64,000 bases of DNA from an uncultured Nitrospiraceae bacterium (GTDB taxonomy: Bacteria > Nitrospirota > Nitrospiria > Nitrospirales > Nitrospiraceae). Where the stretch lies: positions 768,001 to 832,000 of the forward strand of contig CAVPLT010000007.1 in NCBI GenBank assembly GCA_963706325.1, in the 5' to 3' direction. The notes under the pieces were generated by a model, which searched no databases, had not been told where the DNA came from, and saw nothing but the letters and a program-made list of their open reading frames with translations. Both the position numbers and the translations under genes were made by a program. This document shows, piece after piece, positions 30,756 to 40,435 of this stretch (within the stretch, counting starts at the first letter, position 1; every line of letters starts with the position of its first letter).

Positions 30756-33080
30756 GTGATCAAGGCCGGAAGCAGGCGTTGGGGGCGGATTTTCATTCTT
30801 GCACTGGCCGTGCTCTACTCCCTCGGTGTTGGGGAACTCCTGTCCGCGCAGGACGGGGTGCCGCCGGTGACCTCGGTCACGATCCGTGGCCAGAAACGTA
30901 TTGAATTGCAGGCGATTGAAGGGCGTCTCACGCTCAAGGCGAACGACCGTTTTACCGCCGACGCGCTTCGTGAGCAGGTCAAGATTTTGTATGGAACCGG
31001 CTATTTCGAGGATGTGCAGGTGGAGACGGACCCTGGTCAGGGCGGGGTGGCCGTGACATTTGTCATCCGTGAAAAGCCCTTCATCACAGAAATCGTGTTC
31101 GATGGAAATGAGGAGTTGAGCGACGATAAGCTGAAAGAGAAAATTACTATTAAGAGCCAAACGTTTCTCGATCAGCAGCAGGCAAAAGAAAGCGCCGAGA
31201 AGATTCGGCTCGCTTATCAGGAAGATGGGTTTTATAACGCCCAAGTCATTCCCGTCATTCAGGCGGTGGACGAGGACCGTAAACGACTGACCTATTTCGT
31301 CAAGGAAGGCACGAAGGCCAAAGTCAGACGCATCAACCTCGAAGGCATGCGCGCCGTGACCAAGGAGGAAATGTTCAAGGTGACGGCCACCCGGGAGTGG
31401 ATCCCGTGGTATGGGATCGTTACGCAACTAAAAGTGCCGTCGCTGCTCTCCGACGCCGGCGTGCTCAAGCGGGAAGAACTCGGCAATGATATCGAACGCA
31501 TGCGGGAAGTCTACTTGAATAAAGGCTACCTGAATGTGCAGATCAGCCAACCGACGGTGGAGCTCAGCGACGATAAGCAATGGTTCGAGATCACTTATTC
31601 AGTCGCCGAAGGCGAGCCGTTCATCGTTCAAGAAATCGGATTTCGGGGCAACACGGTTTTCGAGGATCATGAATTGCGGGACGGGCTGAATATCAAGGCC
31701 GGTGAAATATTTCAGCGGGCCAAGATTCGCGGCGAAATTACGCGCATCACCGATCTGTATGGCGCCAAGGGATATGCCTTTGCCGACGTGGTGCCGAACG
31801 TCACGCCCGACAACAATGCGCGCACGGCCACGATTCTCCTCAATGTGAAGGAAGGGGAGATGATGCGGGTCCGGGAAATCCACGTCAACGGCAACGACAA
31901 GACGCGCGACAATGTGGTACGCAGGGAATTGCGACTGGATGAGCAGGATGTGGTCGACACCCTCGCATTGAAACGCAGTTTCCAACGACTGAATAATCTA
32001 AACTTTTTCGAAACCGTGGAAATCCTGCCGCAGCAGGTGGAGCCCGATAAGGTCGATCTTAACGTGAAGGTTAAAGAGAAGCCGACCGGTCAGTTCAGCA
32101 TCGGCGGCGGGTTCAGCACCCTGGATAAACTCGTGGCGATTGCGGATATCACCGAAGGTAATCTGGGTGGCAATGGATGGCTGGGCCGTATCCGCGGGCA
32201 GTTGGGTCAGCAACGGTCATTGGGGCTGGTCACGTTCCGGAATCCCTACGTGAACGATTCGTATAACGCCTTGCAGCTGGATATTTACCGGACGATGACC
32301 AACTACATTTCCTATTATGAAGAGAAATCCGGTGCGAGCGTGACCTGGAGCCGGTGGTTGTCCGAGTATGTGAATGCAAGCGCCAGCCTCTTCGCTGAAG
32401 AGCTTACATACAAGGACCCTCAGGCGGGCCTGTGTCCAGATCTGATCCCTTTGATCTGCACCCAGCTTGGAACGCAATCGTCGACTGGCGTGCGCACCTC
32501 GATCTTTCGGGACACGCGGGACTACTACCTCGACCCGCGAACCGGATGGCGGTTCGGCCTTGGCGCAGATTACGGCACTCCTGCGCTGGGAGGTACCAAT
32601 CATTTTTATAAATTCACCGTCGATGTCATCAAATATACCCCGTTAATCTATGACACGCGCTATTCGTTCCATGTCCGTTATGGACAGGTAGAAGGACTTG
32701 AAGGCAAGCCGATTCCCCTGACCGAGCGGTTTTTCGTGGGAGGCATCAACACCATGCGCGGGTTTGTGTTCGGACGTGCGGGTCCCGTGACGCCGTCCGG
32801 ATCGCTCTTGGGTGCCGCCAAACAGCTCATTTTTAACAACGATTTTATTTTCACGATTTCATCCGAAGCGAAACTGAACGGCGTCCTGTTCTTCGACTAC
32901 GGCAACGGTTTCGACGACAATGAGGCGGTGGAATTCAGTAAAATGAGAAAAGCAGTTGGATTTGAGGCCCGATGGATTTCTCCGTTCGGTCCGTTGCGTG
33001 CGGCCTATGGCATCAATCTCGATCCCCGGCCGACTGAACGTACGGGGGTCTTTGAGTTTACGATCGGCTCTTTGTTTTGA
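30756..33080 (+). CDS. bamA: Outer membrane protein assembly factor BamA
   Basis: POTRA repeats (LYGTGYFEDV, FDGN, Y...GY, GNDKTRD.VVRRE), MRGF motif, W.SPFGPL, C-terminal FEFTIGSLF. Start uncertain (30702/30714/30756). Confidence 0.95.
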   Translation: MIKAGSRRWGRIFILALAVLYSLGVGELLSAQDGVPPVTSVTIRGQKRIELQAIEGRLTLKANDRFTADALREQVKILYGTGYFEDVQVETDPGQGGVAVTFVIREKPFITEIVFDGNEELSDDKLKEKITIKSQTFLDQQQAKESAEKIRLAYQEDGFYNAQVIPVIQAVDEDRKRLTYFVKEGTKAKVRRINLEGMRAVTKEEMFKVTATREWIPWYGIVTQLKVPSLLSDAGVLKREELGNDIERMREVYLNKGYLNVQISQPTVELSDDKQWFEITYSVAEGEPFIVQEIGFRGNTVFEDHELRDGLNIKAGEIFQRAKIRGEITRITDLYGAKGYAFADVVPNVTPDNNARTATILLNVKEGEMMRVREIHVNGNDKTRDNVVRRELRLDEQDVVDTLALKRSFQRLNNLNFFETVEILPQQVEPDKVDLNVKVKEKPTGQFSIGGGFSTLDKLVAIADITEGNLGGNGWLGRIRGQLGQQRSLGLVTFRNPYVNDSYNALQLDIYRTMTNYISYYEEKSGASVTWSRWLSEYVNASASLFAEELTYKDPQAGLCPDLIPLICTQLGTQSSTGVRTSIFRDTRDYYLDPRTGWRFGLGADYGTPALGGTNHFYKFTVDVIKYTPLIYDTRYSFHVRYGQVEGLEGKPIPLTERFFVGGINTMRGFVFGRAGPVTPSGSLLGAAKQLIFNNDFIFTISSEAKLNGVLFFDYGNGFDDNEAVEFSKMRKAVGFEARWISPFGPLRAAYGINLDPRPTERTGVFEFTIGSLF

Positions 33081-33148
33081 GGCGGATGTTTGAACGCGTG
33101 CGGGGGAAAGGAATCAGCCGAATGGGTGGACTTGTGTGGCATGCAAGG

Positions 33149-33697
33149 ATGAGGACCGCCGGATGGGCTGGGGGCTGTATGGTGCTCCTGGCCGCGGCGT
33201 TGCTGGTCGGCGGATGCCGGTCGAACCAGTCGACGGTGCCGACATCAACCCGCATCGGAGTGGTGGATCCTCAGCGGGTGCTGAGCGAGACCAATGTGGG
33301 GAAAAAGGCCAAAGACATGCTGGCTTCCTTTGCGAAGAATCGGCAGGCGCTCATCGAGTTGGAAGAAAAAGAATTGCGCCGAATGGAAGAAGATTTCATG
33401 AAGCAGGGCAGTGTGCTGAGCGCGAACGCCAAACGTGAGCGGGAAGAACTTTTTCGACGCCGCATGGCCGAATATCAGCAGAAGGTGACCGACCTGAATC
33501 GGGAAGTGCAGGATAAGCAAAAAGATGTGTTGGATAGTTTCCGTGACAAGATTGAGGCCATGTGTGCGAAAGTTGCCAAACGTCTGGAGCTACAGGCGGT
33601 TTTTGATCGTGGGCGTGGAGGGCCGACGATTTATTTCGACGAGGCGGTGGATGTGTCGTCGCAACTGATCGAAGAATTCAACAAAACATACCCATGA
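33149..33697 (+). CDS. skp: OmpH/Skp family chaperone, predicted lipoprotein
   Basis: RIGVVDPQRVL.....GK, long coiled coil, VD.S...I. LLVGG|C lipobox. Start uncertain. Confidence 0.85.
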   Translation: MRTAGWAGGCMVLLAAALLVGGCRSNQSTVPTSTRIGVVDPQRVLSETNVGKKAKDMLASFAKNRQALIELEEKELRRMEEDFMKQGSVLSANAKREREELFRRRMAEYQQKVTDLNREVQDKQKDVLDSFRDKIEAMCAKVAKRLELQAVFDRGRGGPTIYFDEAVDVSSQLIEEFNKTYP

Positions 33698-34245
33698 TGA
33701 GGGACTCTATGACAAGACGAAATTTGATCGTAGCGGGTGTTCTGCAGATTTTGCTGGCATGGCTGGCACAACCCGTTCAGGCGGCGGATCGCGTGAAGGT
33801 GGCGATGATGGACCAGCAGCAAGTCATTGAGCGGACGGTGGCGGGGAAGCGCGCCTTGGAGGATCTCAAAACGTATTCCACTACGCGTCAGAAAATCATC
33901 GACTCCGACGATCAAGAGTTGAAGGAGCTTGAGAAGGGGGTCCAGGACGCGACTCTCTCGGAGGAAGTACGCAAAGAGAAACAGGAGCATTTCCGTACCA
34001 AGCTCGAGGCGTACCAGCGGCGGATTCAGGACTTCAACCGCGAAGTGCAGGAAAAACAGCGCGCGATGGTGGCGGAGTATGCCCAAAAGATTCAGGCCGC
34101 CGCGTCGGCGGTGGCTCAAAAAGAAGGCTATATCGCCGTAATCGACAAAGGCAGCGAGTCGACGGTCAAGATTGTGCTCTACAGCCACCCCTCGATCGAT
34201 CTCACGGACCAGATCGTCAAGGAGTTCGATCGACAGAACAAATAG
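33694..34245 (+). CDS. skp: OmpH/Skp family chaperone, second copy
   Basis: Signal peptide ending VQA, KVAMMD.Q.VI.....GK, VA.KEG...VID, VLY....IDLT..IVK. Confidence 0.88.
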   Translation: MMRDSMTRRNLIVAGVLQILLAWLAQPVQAADRVKVAMMDQQQVIERTVAGKRALEDLKTYSTTRQKIIDSDDQELKELEKGVQDATLSEEVRKEKQEHFRTKLEAYQRRIQDFNREVQEKQRAMVAEYAQKIQAAASAVAQKEGYIAVIDKGSESTVKIVLYSHPSIDLTDQIVKEFDRQNK

Positions 34246-34288
34246 TCAAATCGTTGCAGTCGTCTACGCAATACAGGAGGCGGGGCTG

Positions 34289-34744
34289 ATGTCAGTGATG
34301 GACAGCATGGAAATTCAATTGATCCTTCCCCATCGGTATCCGTTCTTGCTCGTCGATCGTATACGCGAGCTGGATCCGGACCGTCGTATCGTGGGCATCA
34401 AGAATGTGTCGATCAACGAGCCATTCTTCCAAGGCCATTTTCCCGGGCGGCCGGTCATGCCGGGTGTCTTGATTCTAGAGGCTTTGGCCCAGGTCGGTGG
34501 GGTGCTGGCATTCAAATCATTCGGCTCCGTCGGCCGTCCGGTGGTGTATTTGACGGGGATCGATGGAGCCAAGTTCAGGAAGCCCGTCGTGCCAGGCGAT
34601 ATCCTCCGACTGGAAGTGGACGTCATAAAAAAGCGCCCGCCCTTTTGGAAAATGCAAGGCAAAGCCTTCGTCGACACAGAGCTGGTGTGTGAGGCGGAAG
34701 TTACCGCCATGGTGACCGATGAAAAGGCAGCAGGTGGACAATAA
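34289..34744 (+). CDS. fabZ: 3-hydroxyacyl-ACP dehydratase
   Basis: [57 protein letters not shown] upstream. Confidence 0.97.
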   Translation: MSVMDSMEIQLILPHRYPFLLVDRIRELDPDRRIVGIKNVSINEPFFQGHFPGRPVMPGVLILEALAQVGGVLAFKSFGSVGRPVVYLTGIDGAKFRKPVVPGDILRLEVDVIKKRPPFWKMQGKAFVDTELVCEAEVTAMVTDEKAAGGQ

Positions 34745-34812
34745 TTCGTTTCGGTGTCATGACCGGCGGCTATGCTCGGCAGACGGCCGCGGACGATGGT
34801 GAGGAGGTGTGA

Positions 34813-35622
34813 GTGAAGATACATCCGACCGCGGTGATCCATCCCAAAGCGGTACTGGCGGACGACGTGGAAGTAGGGGCCTACTCGGTCGTCGGCGAAC
34901 ACGTTCGGATCGGCGCAGGCACTCGAGTGCTGTCACATGTGTGTATCGATGGTTGGACCGACATCGGAGAGCGGTGCGAATTGCATCCCTTTGTGTCGGT
35001 GGGCGGACCCCCGCAACACATGCAGTATAAGGGTGAGTCCACCAAGGTGGTGATCGGGCACGACAATATTCTGCGCGAGTATGTGACCGTCAATCGGGCG
35101 ACGGCGCAGGGTGGCGGCGTGACCAGCGTGGGCCATTCTAATTTCTTGATGGCGTATGTGCATGTCGCGCACGACTGCCATCTCGGTAATCATCTGATTC
35201 TGGCGAATGCGGCGAGCTTGGCCGGGCACATCACCATCGGTGACCATGCGATTATCGGCGGTCTGTCGGGCATCCATCAATTTGTTCGCATCGGCGCCTA
35301 TTCGATGGTCGGGGGCTGCTGCGCGCTCGGCCAGGATCTGCCGCCCTTTATGCGGGCCGCTGGTGGCTATCGTGCGCGGATGTTTGGCTTGAATTCGATC
35401 GGGTTGCGCCGCCATGGCTTTTCCTCCGAGCGTATCTCAGCCTTGAAACACGCATACGAAGTGCTGTTTCGCTCGGGGCATCGGGTGGCGGAAGCCGTCA
35501 AATTAGCGCGTGAGAACTTCGCTGGCAGTCAGGACGTCATGCAGGTGGCCGATTTCATGGAAGGCACAAAGCGGGGCATTTGCCGTTCAGTCGGCAAGCA
35601 TCAAGAGGGCGAAGAGGAGTAG
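34813..35622 (+). CDS. lpxA: Acyl-ACP:UDP-N-acetylglucosamine acyltransferase
   Basis: IHPTAVI hexapeptide repeats, GGPPQ..YKGE, RE.VTVNRAT, HVAHDC, HQF, GLN.IGLRR.GF. Confidence 0.96.
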   Translation: MKIHPTAVIHPKAVLADDVEVGAYSVVGEHVRIGAGTRVLSHVCIDGWTDIGERCELHPFVSVGGPPQHMQYKGESTKVVIGHDNILREYVTVNRATAQGGGVTSVGHSNFLMAYVHVAHDCHLGNHLILANAASLAGHITIGDHAIIGGLSGIHQFVRIGAYSMVGGCCALGQDLPPFMRAAGGYRARMFGLNSIGLRRHGFSSERISALKHAYEVLFRSGHRVAEAVKLARENFAGSQDVMQVADFMEGTKRGICRSVGKHQEGEEE

Positions 35623-35626
35623 GCCT

Positions 35627-36469
35627 GTGGGGAAGCACGGCGCCGATGGCATTCCTGCCTCGGATGGGCAGCGTATCGGTCTGATCGCGGGCAATGGCCG
35701 CTTTCCGATCATTTTTGCCGACAATGCAAAGCGACTTGGATATTCCGTGTCCGCGGTGGCCCATGAAGGCGAAACAGATCCCGAGCTAGAACGGCATGTG
35801 GATCGCATTCACTGGATCAAGATCGGGCAGTTCGGCAAGTTGATTGAGGCGCTCAAGGGGGACGATGTCCAGCGAGCGGTCATGCTGGGGGGCATCAGGA
35901 AGACCCATGTCTTTTCTACGGTTCGACCGGACTTTCGCGCCTTGGCCTTGGCTGCCAAACTGATTCATCTCAAGGATGACGACATTCTTCGCCGAGTGGC
36001 CGAGGAGATCGAACAGGAAGGCATCCAGATCTGCGAGTCCACATTCGGGCTCCAAGGAATTCTCGTCGAAGCGGGCACCTTGACGAGACGGGAACCGAGC
36101 AAGAAGGAATGGGAGGACATTCGCTACGGCTGGGATGTGGGTAAAGAGATCGGCGCGTTAGACATCGGCCAGTGCGTAGTGGTGAAGGATCGGGTGATCG
36201 TCGCTGTGGAGGCCGTCGAGGGCACCGATGGAGCGATTCGTCGCGGCGGCGAACTGGCGCAAGGAGGCGCGGTGGTGGTGAAGCGATGCAAGCCCCAACA
36301 GGATCTCCGATTCGATCTTCCGGCGGTCGGTCCACTGACGATTGAGGTGATGGCGGCCGTTAAGGCTTCCGTCCTGGCGCTGGAAGCAGAACGAGGCATT
36401 CTGTTGGACCGCGACGAGACGATCGCGAAGGCCAACCGTGCCGGCATTGCCATTGTCGGACTTACGTGA
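35627..36469 (+). CDS. lpxI: UDP-2,3-diacylglucosamine diphosphatase LpxI
   Basis: IGLIAGNGRFP, DDDIL, LDIGQCVVV, AVEAVEGTD, K..KPQQDLRFDLP.VG; directly after lpxA. Confidence 0.93.
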   Translation: MGKHGADGIPASDGQRIGLIAGNGRFPIIFADNAKRLGYSVSAVAHEGETDPELERHVDRIHWIKIGQFGKLIEALKGDDVQRAVMLGGIRKTHVFSTVRPDFRALALAAKLIHLKDDDILRRVAEEIEQEGIQICESTFGLQGILVEAGTLTRREPSKKEWEDIRYGWDVGKEIGALDIGQCVVVKDRVIVAVEAVEGTDGAIRRGGELAQGGAVVVKRCKPQQDLRFDLPAVGPLTIEVMAAVKASVLALEAERGILLDRDETIAKANRAGIAIVGLT

Positions 36470-36521
36470 TGTCAGTGGATATTGGAACGGAGGCTGGTTT
36501 CGGCATGCGGAGCGGATTTCG

Positions 36522-37511
36522 ATGAAGCCGCTGCGGGCCGGGGTCATCGGCGTAGGCCACCTGGGCCAGCACCACGCCCGGCATTATGCGACTCTGCCCG
36601 GTTCGATTTTGGTGGGAGTCTTTGACGCGGATGCAACCCGCGCCAAGCTCATTGCCGACCGCCATGCGGTGCAGGCATGGACGGATCTCAACGACCTGCT
36701 GAGGAACGTGGAAATCGTCAGCGTGGTCGCCCCGACCTCCGCCCACTTTGCGGCGACGAAAGCCTGTCTGGAAGCCGGCAAACATGTGCTGGTAGAAAAG
36801 CCGATTGCCGCGACATCGGCCGAAGCCCGGGAGTTGGTCGCCCTCGCCGCGGAGCGCGGTTGTCTCCTGCAGGTCGGCCACAGCGAGCGGTTCAATCCGA
36901 TCATGCAACGCATGCGTTCCTACATTGATCGGCCGGCCTTTGTGGAATGTCATCGATTGAGCGCGTTTGGAGAACGAGGGACCGATGTCGACGTGGTGCT
37001 GGATCTGATGATTCATGATTTGGATTTGGTGCTGTCGTTCAATCCGGGACCCGTCGAGGAAGTTCGTGCAGCCGGTGTGCCGGTGCTCTCGTCCAACATC
37101 GATATTGCCAATGCTCGCATTGCCTTTGCGAGCGGATGCGTAGCGAATGTGACAGCCAGTCGTGTCTCGACCAACAAAATGCGCCGGTTGCGGGTATTTC
37201 AGCGCGACCGCTATGTCTCGATCGATTTCCAAACGCGCCAGGCGGTTGTGTCCCGCCGCACACAGACCACTGGGGCCAAGCCGGCGATCGACGTCGAATC
37301 GTACCAAGCCGGAGATGATGAGCCATTGCGCCTGGAGTTAGATTCCTTCCTTCAAGCCGTGGCGAGTGGCTCGCGTCCCGTTGTCTCAGGCGAAGACGGC
37401 GAGGCCGCCCTCAACCTGGCCATGCGCGTGTTGGAGGCCATCGGTCAGTTCACCCAGCGCCACCAGGGAGACAGCGCGCCCGAGATCCCGTGGGATTCGA
37501 AACGTGTATAA
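36522..37511 (+). CDS. Gfo/Idh/MocA oxidoreductase, GnnA-like
   Basis: GVIGVGHLGQHHAR, HVLVEKP, QVGHSERFNP, R.TDVDVVLDLMIHDLD, DIANARI.F, TASRVS; located between lpxA/lpxI and lpxB. Confidence 0.85.
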   Translation: MKPLRAGVIGVGHLGQHHARHYATLPGSILVGVFDADATRAKLIADRHAVQAWTDLNDLLRNVEIVSVVAPTSAHFAATKACLEAGKHVLVEKPIAATSAEARELVALAAERGCLLQVGHSERFNPIMQRMRSYIDRPAFVECHRLSAFGERGTDVDVVLDLMIHDLDLVLSFNPGPVEEVRAAGVPVLSSNIDIANARIAFASGCVANVTASRVSTNKMRRLRVFQRDRYVSIDFQTRQAVVSRRTQTTGAKPAIDVESYQAGDDEPLRLELDSFLQAVASGSRPVVSGEDGEAALNLAMRVLEAIGQFTQRHQGDSAPEIPWDSKRV

Positions 37512-37550
37512 AGGTTCGGCATCGGTGTCCGCCCGCGTGAAAAGAGCGAC

Positions 37551-38684
37551 ATGCCACGTATCTTAATCGTGACCGGAGAAGCCTCCGGTGACTTGCACGG
37601 CGCCCACTTGGTGAAGGCCTTGAAGCAGCTCTCCCCCTCTTTGCAGATGGTGGGCATCGGTGGTCCCTCGATGCAGGCGGCCGGCGCGGAACTGGTCAAG
37701 GATATCCCGCAAGTGGATGTGATGGGTCTCATCGGCCTGTCAGCGGTGAAGGCGATACTACAGAGGATTTCCAGGGTCAGGCGGCTGATCAGGGGGGAAC
37801 GCTGGGATCTCGTGGTGTTGATCGACAATCCTGGTCTGAATTTTCATTTTGCACGGGTGGCCAAGGCGTGCGGTATCAAAGTGCTGTACTACATTGCGCC
37901 CCAGCTGTGGGCCTGGCGCAAGGGGCGGATGCGCTGGATTCAGCGGCGTGTCGATCACGTGCTCGTGATTCTTCCCTTCGAAGAGCCACTTTATACGCAT
38001 GCGGGCGTGCGTTGTACCTTCGTCGGTAATCCCATTCTGGACGAGGTCGCTCCGTCGTACGACCGCCAAGCGTTGCGCCGGCAGTTCGGCTTGTCGGACG
38101 ACGGCGTGGTGATCGGATTGTTTCCCGGTAGTCGCAAGGGAGAATTGCGCGAACACATGCCATTGCTGTTGGAAACGGCGAAACGCCTCGCGGAGCGCCA
38201 CCCGTCAATGCAATTTATTTTGGCGCAAGCTTCGACGGTTCAAGATGACTTGCTCGGGGAACTAATGCGGGACAGCTCGGTTCCCATTCGAGTTTTTCGC
38301 AACCAGGCCAGCGAAGTCATGGCCGTATCTGATCTGCTGGTCGTCAAATCGGGCACCTCCACGTTGCAGGCGGCGGTGGTGGGAACCCCGATGATCTTAT
38401 TTTATCGGGCTTCCTCCTGGATCACGTATCGTCTCGCGCGCCTGTTGATCCGAGTGCCCTGGATCGGATTGGCCAATCTAGTCGCGGGACGCGGCATCGT
38501 GCCGGAACTGATCCACGACGAGGCCACGCCGGAACGATTGGTGCAAGAAACCGAACGGCTATTGGCAGATTCGCGCGCGTATGAGGAAATGAAGGCCGCC
38601 CTTTTATCGGTCCGACGGGCATTGGGAAACCCAGGCGCCTCACGTCGCGCTGCGGAAGCCGTTCTTGCCGAGTGTGGGCCATGA
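37551..38684 (+). CDS. lpxB: Lipid-A-disaccharide synthase
   Basis: GEASGDLHGA, ID.PG.N, YYIAPQLWAWR, ILPFE, FVGNP, PGSR, SGT.TL, GL.N. Confidence 0.96.
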   Translation: MPRILIVTGEASGDLHGAHLVKALKQLSPSLQMVGIGGPSMQAAGAELVKDIPQVDVMGLIGLSAVKAILQRISRVRRLIRGERWDLVVLIDNPGLNFHFARVAKACGIKVLYYIAPQLWAWRKGRMRWIQRRVDHVLVILPFEEPLYTHAGVRCTFVGNPILDEVAPSYDRQALRRQFGLSDDGVVIGLFPGSRKGELREHMPLLLETAKRLAERHPSMQFILAQASTVQDDLLGELMRDSSVPIRVFRNQASEVMAVSDLLVVKSGTSTLQAAVVGTPMILFYRASSWITYRLARLLIRVPWIGLANLVAGRGIVPELIHDEATPERLVQETERLLADSRAYEEMKAALLSVRRALGNPGASRRAAEAVLAECGP

Positions 38685-40417
38685 AACATTATCTCCGGCT
38701 CATCAAGTATCTGGAACCGTATCGATTTCGATTAGGGGCCGCCTTTGTATGTGCGCTACTCGTAGCAGGTCTCTCGGCCGCCTATGCCTGGTTGGTTCGG
38801 CCGGTGCTCGACGGCTTGTTCATCAGCAAAGATGAAAGTCTGTTGCTGGTGCTTCCCATCGCCATTTTGGCCGTGGCGATCCTCAAGGGAGTATTTAACT
38901 ACGGCCAAAATTATTTGATGAACTATGTCGGGAATCAGGTGATCGGTGACATTCGAGAGCAACTGTTCTCTAAGCTGGTGCGATTGCCGGTTCACTTTCA
39001 CGATACCAATACGTCCGGCCGCTTGGTGTCGCGTGTCATTAACGATGTGAATCAGATGGCCAATGCCGTCACCGGTGTCCTCAAAGATTTGTTCCAGCAA
39101 GGTCTCACGTTCCTGGCGATGATGGGCGTGATCGTCTATCAAAACTGGAAGTTGGCGATGGTCTCGATGGTCGTCGTTCCCCTGTCGGTAGTCACGATGG
39201 TGCGGATGGGCCAGCGGTTGCGGAACCTCGCCACGCGCGGGCAGGAGCGGATGGGCGACATGGCCTCAGCGCTTCAGGAAACGCTGGCCGGTATCCGAAT
39301 GGTGAAGTCGTTCGGAAGGGAAGAGGAAGAGGCCAAACGGTTTCGTGAAAGCAACGATGCCTTCATCCACACCACGATGAAAGCCATCCAGGTGTCCTCT
39401 CTGGGTTCCTCCCACATGGAAGTGATCGGTGTGCTCGGCATCGCGGGGATCATTTGGTATGGCGGATTTCTGGTGATCCATGATGAAATGACCCCCGGCG
39501 CGTTTTTCTCGTTTCTCGCGGCCATGTTCATGGCCTACACGCCGATCAGAAGACTGTCAGGCGCCAATAACACAGTTCAGCAGGCGTTGGCGGCTGCCGA
39601 ACGGGTGTTCGACGTTCTTGATCTCCCGACCGAGCAGGTTGTCAATGGAGGGCATACCGATCTCCCATCGATTTCCCGCTCGCTCGAGTTCAGGCAAGTT
39701 GCTTTTCGGTATGATGGTCAGATCGATGCAGCCCTGACCGGTATCGATTTAATGATTCGCGCAGGCGAGGTCATTGCCTTCGTGGGGAGCAGTGGGAGTG
39801 GAAAAACTACATTAGTGAGTTTGTTGCCGAGATTCTACGAGCCGACCGGTGGACAGATTTTGATCGATGGGGTGGATCTCCGTGCCTGTACTCTACCCTC
39901 GGTGAGGGGACAGATCGGAATTGTGTCCCAGGAAGTCATCCTCTTCGACGATACGGTCCTCAATAACATCGGGTACGGGCGGCAAGGCGCCACCCCTGAA
40001 GATGTGATGCAGGCGGCACAATTGGCGTATGCCCACGATTTCATCCTGCGGATGCCCCAGGGATACGGCACGCTGATCGGGGAGCGCGGTCTGAAATTGT
40101 CGGGCGGCGAGCGCCAGCGAATTGCGATCGCCCGTGCCATTCTCCGCGATCCGCCGGTGTTGATCTTGGATGAAGCCACCTCGGCGTTGGATACGCAGTC
40201 GGAGAGGATCGTGCAATTGGCGCTGGCCAATTTAATGAAGAATCGGACGACGCTGGTCGTCGCCCACCGCCTTTCGACGATTCAAAATGCCGATCGTATC
40301 GTGGTCCTGGATCGAGGCACGATCGTCGAGGTGGGGTCGCATGAAGAGCTGCTGCGAAAGGGCGGCATGTACAAGCGATTGCACGCGATGCAGTTCACCG
40401 ATGCGATTCCGGAGTAA
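38681..40417 (+). CDS. msbA: Lipid A export ABC transporter MsbA
   Basis: ABC TM domain plus GSSGSGKT, LSGGERQRIAIARA, LILDEATSALD, VAHRLST; lpxB-waaA-lpxK context. Confidence 0.92.
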   Translation: MKHYLRLIKYLEPYRFRLGAAFVCALLVAGLSAAYAWLVRPVLDGLFISKDESLLLVLPIAILAVAILKGVFNYGQNYLMNYVGNQVIGDIREQLFSKLVRLPVHFHDTNTSGRLVSRVINDVNQMANAVTGVLKDLFQQGLTFLAMMGVIVYQNWKLAMVSMVVVPLSVVTMVRMGQRLRNLATRGQERMGDMASALQETLAGIRMVKSFGREEEEAKRFRESNDAFIHTTMKAIQVSSLGSSHMEVIGVLGIAGIIWYGGFLVIHDEMTPGAFFSFLAAMFMAYTPIRRLSGANNTVQQALAAAERVFDVLDLPTEQVVNGGHTDLPSISRSLEFRQVAFRYDGQIDAALTGIDLMIRAGEVIAFVGSSGSGKTTLVSLLPRFYEPTGGQILIDGVDLRACTLPSVRGQIGIVSQEVILFDDTVLNNIGYGRQGATPEDVMQAAQLAYAHDFILRMPQGYGTLIGERGLKLSGGERQRIAIARAILRDPPVLILDEATSALDTQSERIVQLALANLMKNRTTLVVAHRLSTIQNADRIVVLDRGTIVEVGSHEELLRKGGMYKRLHAMQFTDAIPE

Positions 40418-40435
40418 CGACATGGCAAGGCAACA

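Noticed and set aside
34724..34744. FabZ ends in ...KAAGGQ*, the same tripeptide as the Pup C-terminus
   Set aside because: PafA and Dop recognise an extended C-terminal Pup segment that is absent here; a three-residue match on a variable tail is most likely chance.
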